DNA of 63,374 nt, counting the filler, from Octopus bimaculoides (lineage: Eukaryota): the NCBI RefSeq assembly GCF_001194135.2. It is 10 parts of 9 records of this genome, joined end to end, with 100 filler letters (N's around TTAATTAATTAA, not from the genome) between each part and the next. Parts side by side here need not be neighbours in the genome. Positions count along the whole stretch, not along the records: positions 47,043 to 55,867 come from NC_068986.1; positions 55,968 to 58,166 come from NC_068993.1; positions 58,267 to 61,411 come from NC_068985.1; positions 61,512 to 63,374 come from NW_026307061.1; 6 more parts are not named here. The stretch is one strand, 5' to 3'. The translations under genes were made by a program, and so were the position numbers. The notes beneath the pieces were generated by a model. It made no database searches, had not been told where the DNA came from, and saw only the letters and a list, made by a program, of their open reading frames with translations. Within the stretch, counting starts at the first letter, position 1; the number at the start of each line of letters is the position of its first letter. Of this stretch, positions 54,722-63,374 are shown piece by piece.

Positions 54722-55431
54722 TCTACCTAACAAATACGAAGAAGAAGAAGAAGAAGAAGAAACAACAAAAGCTATAAAACAAATGAAATCCAAACTAAAA
54801 CTAGAACAGCAACGGACCATGATAAAACGATGGCAAGAAAAGCCCCTACATGGTAAATACTGGGCTAAACTAAATGCAAAAGAAATAGACAGAGAAAAAT
54901 CCCAGCAATGGTTGAGAAGCTCAGGACTCAAAGCAGAGACTGAAGGATTTTTAATTGCTGCACAAGACCAGAGCCTCCCCACCAGATATAGACCAGATAG
55001 ACCAGATATAGTTGTCAAAGATCATGAAGAAAAAAAATGCTTTCTAATTGATGTATCAATACCAGCAGATGACAACGTTTCTCTAAAAGAAATGGAAAAA
55101 CTTTCAAAATACAAAGACCTGGAAATAGAGATAACTCGAATGTGGAATCTAAAAACAGAAACAATTCCTATCATAGTAGGTGCCTTAGGTATAATAAAAA
55201 AATATTCAGACAAATACATAACAAAAACACCAGGACTTACAAATATATATAACATACAGAAAATTGCACTACTGGGTACTGCACACATTCTACGCAAAAC
55301 ACTTTCAATACAGTAAACATAAGAGCACCACAGCAAACCACAGCACATACCCAAGGCGCACAGAGCTGCGCTCGGTAGTGAAGTGAAAGCACGTTATAAA
55401 AATAAAACTACTGAACAATAATAATAATAAT
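54722..55431 (+). mobile_element. R4/Dong-clade RLE-LINE 3' part (E) with in-frame internal deletion; 177-aa ORF 54783-55316
   Basis: LHGKY...QWLRSSGLKAETEGFLIAAQDQSLPTRY is joined directly to RPDIVV...LIDVSIP...EKLSKYKDL...GTAHILRK*; the 3' UTR ends in (AAT)n. Confidence 0.92.
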
Positions 55432-55433
55432 AT

Positions 55434-55798
55434 GATAATCGACATAGCATGCCCCGGTGACAACAAGATCAATGTGAAAGAAGTAGAAAAAAATAAACAA
55501 CTATGATGATTTAAAGTAGGAAATACGAAAGTTGTGGTCAAGGAAGGGAGTAGACGTGATACCAATAATAATTGGTGCACTTGGAAGTATCAGCACTCAA
55601 CTACCGACATGGCTGAAAAAGATCGGTGCAAGTGTGAAGGTAGAACATCTACAAAAATCATCATTGCTTGGAACTGCAAGAATTCTTCGCAGGGCTCTTG
55701 AAACATGACCAATAAAATAAATGTCACCTTAGTCTACTGGCTGTGGACAGCTGGCACATTCCATCATATCCAGCAATATAAGCTGTGAGTTTTGATAC

Positions 55799-55858
<60 letters not shown>

Positions 55859-55860
55859 TG
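55434..55860 (+). mobile_element. R4/Dong-clade 3' end (F), different subfamily, starting in the (AAT)n tail of E
   Basis: IIDIACPGDNKI..KEVEK...YDDLK...VIPIIIGALG...LQKSSLLGTARILRRALET*, then UTR and a long (AAT)n. Confidence 0.88.
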
Positions 55861-55967
55861 TGATCATNNNNNNNNNNNNNNNNNNNNNNNNNNNNNNNNN
55901 NNNNNNNNNNNTTAATTAATTAANNNNNNNNNNNNNNNNNNNNNNNNNNNNNNNNNNNNNNNNNNNN

Positions 55968-56177
55968 ATGGGGATGGCTTTCGTTTTCACAAGTCCCTCT
56001 TTTGTTTGGAGCTGTAGCACTGTCTGCCATTTGTTCATTGAGTGCTCTATGTATTTTATGATAATTGGTGCCACCTTGTTTATGGCTAGTGTTTCCAGAA
56101 TCCACGTGTGGGGAACACTGTCGAAAGCCTTTTGGTAGTCCACCCAGGCCATACTGAGGCCTTTCTTCTTTCTGCCA
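55968..56177 (-). mobile_element. R4/Dong-clade RT fragment (G), 5' end at (AAT)n, 3' end in a gap
   Basis: MAWVDYQKAFDSVPHTWILETL (RT DxxKAFDSV motif) is uninterrupted up to the gap. Confidence 0.88.
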
Positions 56178-56239
56178 TTATTATTATTATTATTATTATT
56201 GTTGTTGTTGTTGTTGTTATTATTATTATCATTATTATT

Positions 56240-56550
56240 ATTATTATTATTACTATTATTTTATGTTTGACTTTTGCTTTACATTTGTACAAGTTGGCTC
56301 CAAGTTTCACCCAGAACCTCAAGAGACAACAAGCTATAAGTTCATGCTGGTGTTATGCCTGGTGTGCCATATATTTGGTTTTGTACAAAGTGTTGTTCTA
56401 GAGAATGTTTAAGAAACCATAAGAAAAGTATGTGTTTGTTTCAAAACTTGAGATTACATAGAAAGTATTTTGCGTAGGATATGGGCAGTTCCCATGAGCA
56501 CTATCCTTTGAATTTCTGCCATTTTTGGGTTTCCTGGTATCTGAGCTAGG
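56240..56550 (-). mobile_element. R4/Dong-clade extreme 3' end (H) with UTR, (AAT)n on both sides
   Basis: YLAQIPGNPKMAEIQRIVLMGTAHILRKILSM* (stop at 56454-56456), then about 210 nt of UTR. Confidence 0.88.
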
Positions 56551-56569
56551 TATTATTATTATTATTATT

Positions 56570-56611
<42 letters not shown>

Positions 56612-56636
56612 CTTGTTATTGTTCTTGTTGTTTTTT

Positions 56637-57187
56637 ATTGAGTGAGAGAGCAGTGCATGTCATCAAAGTGACACTGGGGTAAAATATACGAAGCCAAGTA
56701 TACCCATCATGACTACCCGTCTGATAAGAGTATACCAGGCTCATACATCACAAACATACGTGCGCGACATGATGATATCATATCAAGATAAACAAAGAAT
56801 GACCTTGCAGGTGGGGTCCAGTTAGAATTTGCTTCTGGTCGAGTAGCTCATTCCGCTCAAATTGTTCCTGAATAAGCGTTGTTTAAGGATGTTGAACGAA
56901 ACACCCATGTTTCCAAAGGTGAGTTATCCAAGCCCCAATGAATTCCCTCAACACATAGCTATGATGCTCTCCCACTTCTTCTGCTCGTGATCAAAGATGC
57001 ACTTATCATCAATCACTAAGGGGCATGCTCAACTGGTTAAGGTCAAACAACTGACAAGTAAATCTGTGGTGTTGAGCAGAATATTTGCTGTAGTACATCT
57101 TTTACTGAGACAAGACAATGTACATGATAACACTTCTAATCAGTTAAGATCAAAAGCCATGAGAACCACTGCCTGGTACTGCATCAG

Positions 57188-57190
<3 letters not shown>
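56637..57190 (-). mobile_element. About 550-bp noncoding interspersed element embedded in (AAT/AAC)n
   Basis: A block more GC-rich than its surroundings, bounded by trinucleotide tracts on both sides, with no coding motif or clear A/B box. Strand is inferred from the A-rich tail side. Confidence 0.55.
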
Positions 57191-57268
<78 letters not shown>

Positions 57269-57294
57269 CATTATTATTATTATTATTATTATTT

Positions 57295-57360
<66 letters not shown>

Positions 57361-57940
57361 TGACAGAATTTACTGGATTTCAACTACGTAAGACTCTACA
57401 TTACACTCCTACGTATGGCTTTACTATGTGGTTTGTAGCCTGGTCCACTAAAGGGGCTTTTTTGTGATTACTACTGCAGTGGCGGATGCAGGTGTGTTGC
57501 CCTAGTTGCCTGGACAAGGCGACACAAAAAAATCGGGACCAAAGTTTAAGAAGGATTAAATTTTGAAAATACGAGCTTGAATTTTAATGATGGCTTTGTT
57601 GTTTTCATTAACTTGGATTATAAAGTGACCATGTTATTAAGTTATGATACACAAGTGTAGTTTGCCGCTAGTTTCCATAGGTGAACCATTACTCATTACA
57701 CTGTTGCAAATATAATAACATTGTTGTTTTCTTTCCAGCTGTTTCACAACATTACTATTTCATATGCATATGGTCTGCTACAACAAAGTTAGAATACATC
57801 ATAATGTGTCCATTTGTTACTAATTGCGATTTCCACTTTATATAGTGTCTTTTCGAAACTTTTGGGCAACATCCCCCCGCCCCAAAAAAACAAATCATGG
57901 ACGTGCCCCACCTCTGCACTGTATTATATAAATCCTTATA

Positions 57941-57966
57941 TCTATATATATAAAAATGAGAATGTG

Positions 57967-58017
<51 letters not shown>

Positions 58018-58166
58018 GTGAATCCCTAAAACTCGAGAACTACGCAACCAATTTCATTCAAATTTTACAGATGCCTTACTTAGGGTTCCAGTTGTGTTTT
58101 AGTCAAAAAAAATTTTAACTTCTTCCAGAGTTCGAGCCCACAGCAACATAATATCTCCTCCACTAT
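57941..58166 (+). mobile_element. Lep1/HINE-like non-autonomous Helitron 5' end
   Basis: A|TCTATATATATAAAAATGAG, a (GTCT)n tract, then AACTACGCAACCAATTTCATTCAAATTTT; the 3' end is lost in a gap. Confidence 0.7.
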
Positions 58167-58266
58167 NNNNNNNNNNNNNNNNNNNNNNNNNNNNNNNNNN
58201 NNNNNNNNNNTTAATTAATTAANNNNNNNNNNNNNNNNNNNNNNNNNNNNNNNNNNNNNNNNNNNN

Positions 58267-58671
58267 GTCCGGGGGCACCGGCAACGATCTCGCTCGAAAA
58301 ACCTCATGTGTCACCCGCACAAAAGCCGGCCCAGGGGCACCGGCAACAATCTCGCTTGAAAGATTTCATGTGTCGCCTGCACATGAGCCAGTCCAGGGGC
58401 ACTGGCATCGATCCCGCTCAAAAGATTTCATGTGTCGCCCGCACATGAGCCAGTCCAGGGGCTCTGGCACGATCCCGCTCGAAAGATTTCATGTGTCGCC
58501 CGCACATGAGCCAGTCCAGGGGCACTGGCAACGATCCCGCTCGAAAAATTTCATGTGTCTCCCGGACATGAGCCAGTCCAGGGGCACTGGCAAACAATCC
58601 CACTCGAAACATTTCATGTGTCACCCGCACATGAGCCAGTCCAGGGGCACTGGCAACGATCCCACTCGAAA
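58267..58671. repeat. Minisatellite, about 62-bp unit x6.5
   Basis: Units start at 58267, 58329, 58391, 58453, 58514, 58576 and 58639 (gtccaggggcactggcaacgatcccgctcgaaagatttcatgtgtcgcccgcacatgagcca). Confidence 0.95.
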
Positions 58672-59253
58672 CGTGTGTGTATATGTGTTTGTCCTACCAC
58701 CACCATCTGACAACTGATGTTGGCTTATTTACCTCCCCATAACTTACCAGTTCAGCAAAAGAGACAGACAAAAAACTACCAGACTTCAAAAATAAGTACT
58801 GGGGACAATTTGTTTGACTAAACTCTTCAGGACAGTGCTCCAGCATGGCCACAGTCCAGTGACTGAAGCAAGTAAATGATAAACGATAATGCATTTTCCA
58901 AAACAGAATAAATGTCTAAAATCAGTTTCATAATTTTTATGGAAACAATAATTAGTTTTGAGAAAAATACAAATATTAGTTAAAAAAACAAATTATGTAA
59001 TCTGTAAAAGAGAATTAAGTCTTAAGAAGAGAATTAATTTTTAAGTTTTATTCTGTTGTGTCTGGGAAGAGTCATTCTCTTTTAGTGCCTTATTATTTAA
59101 CACACTCACTGGAAAAGTTTCCACTCGTTTATTCATTTATTTTTCCTAAAATTTTCGTTGCATCTTACAACCTTTTCAATAGTTGTTACTTTACTCATTA
59201 TATCACTCATATAACATCTTGATTCAGATTAATCTTTTGGTATATATTTGTAG

Positions 59254-59328
59254 GTATCTGTTGAAGGAAATATTGGCTGTGGGAAGACTACATTGCTGAA
59301 TTATTTCGACCAGTTTGATAATGTTGAG
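59254..59328 (+). CDS. TK2: Thymidine kinase 2 / deoxynucleoside kinase, internal coding exon carrying the P-loop (VSVEGNIGCGKTTLLNYFDQFDNVE)
   Basis: Acceptor tatttgtag| and donor GAG|gtaagt; 75 nt, phase 0-0, open. It contains the dNK-family motif EGNIGxGKTT and aligns end to end with the human TK2 peptide [25 protein letters not shown] (recalled). Confidence 0.93.
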
Positions 59329-59394
59329 GTAAGTAAAACTAGTAACAGGGTTCACTGAAGATTGTTTTTGTTATAGATTTATCTACAAGATATT

Positions 59395-59817
59395 CTTTTC
59401 TACTCTAGGCACAAGGCCCGAAATTTTTGGGGAGAAGGCAGTTGATTAGATTGACCGCAGTATGCAACTGGTACTTAATTTATTGACCCCAAAAGGATGA
59501 AAGGAAAAGTTGACCTCGGCGGAATTTGAACTCAGAATGTAAAGACAGATGAAATACTGCTAAGCCTGGCATACTAACGTTTCTTGTTTCTTTATTGCCC
59601 ACAAGGGGCTAAACATAGAGGAGACAAACAAGGACAGACAAAGGGATTAAGTCGATCACATCAACCCCAGTGTGTAACTGGTACTTAATTTATCGACCCT
59701 GAAAGGATGAAAGGCAAAGTCGACCTCGGCGGAATTTGAACTCAGAACTTAACGGCAGACGAAATACCGATAAGCATTTCGCCCGGCGTGCTAACGATTC
59801 TGCCAGCTCACCACCTT
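59395..59817 (-). mobile_element. Dimeric/nested SINE with 17-bp TSD, in the TK2 intron
   Basis: Two head-to-tail SINE units; TTTATCTACAAGATATT at 59378-59394 and 59818-59834. Confidence 0.88.
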
Positions 59818-60019
59818 TTTATCTACAAGATATTGAAGTAGCAAAAATATCTATAAAAAAACTGTACTGCATAAATATTTTACCCAATCATAAAGTTTTC
59901 CTCATGAAAGTTGAGGCTATGATGTGTTTACCTTGTTGGAATGTTCTATTCTTACATGTAAATTAGCAGAAAATATCAATATATTAAAGTATAATAATGA
60001 TAATGAACTTATTGTATAC

Positions 60020-60425
60020 AGAGTTCAGGTGTTCTACAACTCATCAGAAAAAATAGCCAAAAGTGCATGAACAGTATGTAGAATAAAGCACAGGAAGTGA
60101 CTAGTGAATGAGTCATTAAAAAAAAGAGGTAAGGTTGACATCAGGTGTATTGTTGGTGAATTTCAGGAAGCATGGATGTTTTGAAGGATGCAGTGTCTTG
60201 GCAGCCAACAACTAATGCAGGCAGTTCATTCCATGCTTATGCAATTCTGAAGAGGAAAATATATTTCTGAAAATTATGGGGGTTGTGTTGTGTTTTGATT
60301 TTGTAAGCATGTCCATGAGTGTTAGACATATCAAATTCAAAAGGGTGTCCAAGGTTGTTGTTGGAAAGGTGGTGGATAGTTTTGCTGGTGTCTACCAAGT
60401 CAGTTGCCAGACGTCAGAGCTTTAA
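60020..60425 (-). mobile_element. CR1-clade LINE 3' fragment
   Basis: DLVDTSKTIH...THGHAYKI...IFLFRIA*AWNELPALVV...SFKT matches the CR1 C-terminal RGH.YKL...F..RV...WN.LP pattern; stop at 60141-60143. Confidence 0.8.
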
Positions 60426-60643
60426 TGTACTAAAATATAAATAATATAAATAAACCAGTCACATCACCTTGTATGTGAATCATAGCAGTGTTTATCTATA
60501 ATTAAAAGGCAATATCTAATTTTTGACAGGTGCAAGCATGGTTGTAGGCACTAGCATGGTTCTAACCTCAGGCATAGGTTTCACACACATACATATATAG
60601 AATTTATAATTTATTTATTATATAAATTAATTTTGTTTTGTAG

Positions 60644-60697
60644 ACAATGCAGGAACCAATAGAGCAATGGATAAATGTTGATGGTCATAATTCTTTG
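60644..60697 (+). CDS. TK2: TK2/dNK next coding exon (TMQEPIEQWINVDGHNSL)
   Basis: Acceptor ttttgttttgtag| and donor TTG|gtgagt; 54 nt, phase 0-0. It carries the family motif EPxxxWxNVxGHNxL (human VLTEPVSKWRNVRGHNPL) and is in frame with the P-loop exon. Confidence 0.92.
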
Positions 60698-60792
60698 GTG
60701 AGTTTGTTCTTCTTATAAATTTCATTTATACAACTTTGAATGTAAAACAATTGTGGAGGTATGTGGCTTAGTCTTTAGGGTGTTGTACTTCT

Positions 60793-61025
60793 CATCATCA
60801 TCATCATCATCATACATCCGTTTTCCAGTTTTCCATGCTGGCATGGGTTGGGCAGTTTGACAGGAGCTGGCAAGCCAGAGGGCTGCACCAGGTACCAGTC
60901 TTCTGTTGTGGCATGGTTCCTATGGCTGGATGCCCTTCCTAATGCCAATGACTTTACAGAGTGTATTGGGTGCTTTTTACGTGGCAGCAACACAGATGCT
61001 TTTTTACATGACACCAGCACTGGAG
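60793..61025 (-). mobile_element. SINE with (ATG)n tail and GGAAGGGCATCC domain (MetaSINE-like), copy 1
   Basis: (CAT)n...ccatgctggcatgggttg...ctggatgcccttcctaatgccaa. Superfamily assignment is from memory. Confidence 0.65.
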
Positions 61026-61170
61026 TAAGATTGCGGTTTTTGGTTTCTGGACCAGGCGATTCTTTTGTTTTCTTGAACAAATCACTTCATTTCACATTGT
61101 TCCAATCCATTCAGCTGGTAAAAATGAGCAATCTCATGATAGACCAGTGTTCTATCCGATCAGGGAATAT

Positions 61171-61391
61171 ATCATCATCATCATCATCATCGTTTAACGT
61201 CCGCTTTCCATGCTAGCATGGGTTGGACGATTTGACTGAGGACTGGTGAAACCGGATGGCAACACCAGGCTCCAGTCTGATTTGGCAGAGTTTCTACAGC
61301 TGGATGCCCTTCCTAACGCCAACCACTCAGAGAGTGTAGTGGGTGCTTTTACGTGTCACCCGCACGAAAACGGCCACGCTCGAAATGGTGT
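61171..61391 (-). mobile_element. Same SINE family, copy 2 (runs into a gap)
   Basis: (CAT)n cgtttaacgtccgctttccatgctagcatgggttgg...ctggatgcccttcctaacgccaacc. Confidence 0.7.
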
Positions 61392-63374
61392 CTTTTATGT
61401 GCCACCCGCACNNNNNNNNNNNNNNNNNNNNNNNNNNNNNNNNNNNNNNNNNNNNTTAATTAATTAANNNNNNNNNNNNNNNNNNNNNNNNNNNNNNNNN
61501 NNNNNNNNNNNACCTGGAACAATGTCGTAGGAAGCAAGCTTCATACCACACAGCTACGCTTGTACTAGATATTTAATGATCAAGTCCATAAGAGTTATTA
61601 TCTCAAAAGCAAATGTTGCAGTAACTGACATATCAACGGTGTATGGATTACGTATTATATATATAGATGGTTATGTGAAGTTATGTAATACTGTTTGATT
61701 ATTACGCCTTGATCACAGTTGTTAGCCCGTTTGGTGTATGAGGGAGTTTCATTCCGCTGCCCCCGTCTGTACTTCATGCGCGGCCGTTGGTTCATACAGA
61801 AATGTAGAGAGGAGGATGTCTAGTTTGTTTTAGAAGACATTTACGTCTACATTATGCAAATTTCTTAATTTTCGTGGCAGGGTATTAAAGAGCTGTGGGC
61901 CAAGATATTGCAGTACTTAATCATAAATTTAGATGGATTGGATACATTTACATATATGCATTACTCTGTCACTCTCTCTCCCTCACTCCTCCTCCCTTGC
62001 TCACGTGACCATCGACCATCTTTCTTTCTTTCTCTCCATTGTAGCTGGAACAAGGGAGACGTGTTCTTGTTTGTCTCCTGTCCAAGCTTGATTTACGCGT
62101 TCGCCANNNNNNNNNNTCTTGTTTGTCTCCTGTCCAAGCTTGATTTACGCGTTCGCCACTACAACCTTGTTTAGGCTTAGCAGCCCTTCCAGTTTGTTTT
62201 CACTGTCCTGTTTATGTTACCAATTTTGAACCTCAACAAAAGCCCAAATTTTATTTAATTTGCTTTGGAGGAGCAACTGTTTTATCTAAAGCGTATATTG
62301 TTGTTAAAGGCTCGAAATAAGAGACTAGAAAAACAGCCAACAACTGTTGAAGGGTCGTTCTTTATGTTGTNNNNNNNNNNNNNNNNNNNNNNNNNNNNNN
62401 NNNNNNNNNNNNNNNNNNNNNNNNNNNNNNNNNNNNNNNNNNNNNNNNNNNNNNNNNNNNNNNNNNNNNNNNNNNNNNNNNNNNNNNNNNNNNNNNNNNN
62501 NNNNNNNNNNNNNNNNNNNNNNNNNNNNNNNNNNNNNNNNNNNNNNNNNNNNNNNNNNNNNNNNNNNNNNNNNNNNNNNNNNNNNNNNNNNNNNNNNNNN
62601 NNNNNNNNNNNNNNNNNNNNNNNNNNNNNNNNNNNNNNNNNNNNNNNNNNNNNNNNNNNNNNNNNNNNNNNNNNNNNNNNNNNNNNNNNNNNNNNNNNNN
62701 NNNNNNNNNNNNNNNNNNNNNNNNNNNNNNNNNNNNNNNNNNNNNNNNNNNNNNNNNNNNNNNNNNNNNNNNNNNNNNNNNNNNNNNNNNNNNNNNNNNN
62801 NNNNNNNNNNNNNNNNNNNNNNNNNNNNNNNNNNNNNNNNNNNNNNNNNNNNNNNNNNNNNNNNNNNNNNNNNNNNNNNNNNNNNNNNNNNNNNNNNNNN
62901 NNNNNNNNNNNNNNNNNNNNNNNNNNNNNNNNNNNNNNNNNNNNNNNNNNNNNNNNNNNNNNNNNNNNNNNNNNNNNNNNNNNNNNNNNNNNNNNNNNNN
63001 NNNNNNNNNNNNNNNNNNNNNNNNNNNNNNNNNNNNNNNNNNNNNNNNNNNNNNNNNNNNNNNNNNNNNNNNNNNNNNNNNNNNNNNNNNNNNNNNNNNN
63101 NNNNNNNNNNNNNNNNNNNNNNNNNNNNNNNNNNNNNNNNNNNNNNNNNNNNNNNNNNNNNNNNNNNNNNNNNNNNNNNNNNNNNNNNNNNNNNNNNNNN
63201 NNNNNNNNNNNNNNNNNNNNNNTGCTGGTCTTCCATAAACAACCTTGCCCGGACTTGTGCCTGGGAGGGCAATTTTCTAAGTGCAAACCCATGGTGAGTC
63301 ATGACCGAAGGGGGTCCTAAAACATACGTGTATACATATACACACATATATATACGTATAAATACACACACACA

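Noticed and set aside
57477-57921. CAGTGGCGG...CACTG possible hAT element
   Set aside because: Only about 5 bp of terminal complementarity and no 8-bp TSD.
50347-58671. CRISPR-like appearance of the spaced repeats at 50347 and the 62-bp array at 58267
   Set aside because: Eukaryotic context, no cas genes, degenerate repeats; the 62-bp array has no unique spacers.
62065-62159. 42-bp direct duplication either side of a 10-N gap
   Set aside because: Overlapping contig ends left unmerged; assembly artefact.

Overview
AT-rich, microsatellite-dense and gapped eukaryotic scaffold. The SINE families and TE mix look like Octopus (coleoid cephalopod); this assignment is inferred from recognition and was not searched. 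Nearly all ORFs in the supplied track are microsatellite or N-gap artefacts. The one host gene I can support is missing from that track: two short + strand exons (59254-59328, 60644-60697) of a thymidine kinase 2 / deoxynucleoside kinase, with an EGNIGCGKTT P-loop. Their 75 and 54 nt lengths and phase match human TK2 exons 3-4 as I recall them. A candidate upstream exon lies at 52217-52250. The rest is a transposon fossil record: at least eight R4/Dong-clade RLE-LINE fragments (one cluster anchored in (TAA)n), a near full-length decayed RTE LINE, Penelope-like elements of two lineages with a hammerhead-like motif, an internally deleted mariner, a CR1 3' end, Helitron and hAT-like ends, and many tRNA-SINEs (two with clear TSDs). 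The most unusual items are the (TAA)n-anchored RLE cluster with an in-frame zinc-finger deletion and a flanked noncoding element, an octamer+CCAAT inverted repeat beside a CpG-rich patch, a pre-miRNA-sized hairpin, and an unidentified decayed ORF.
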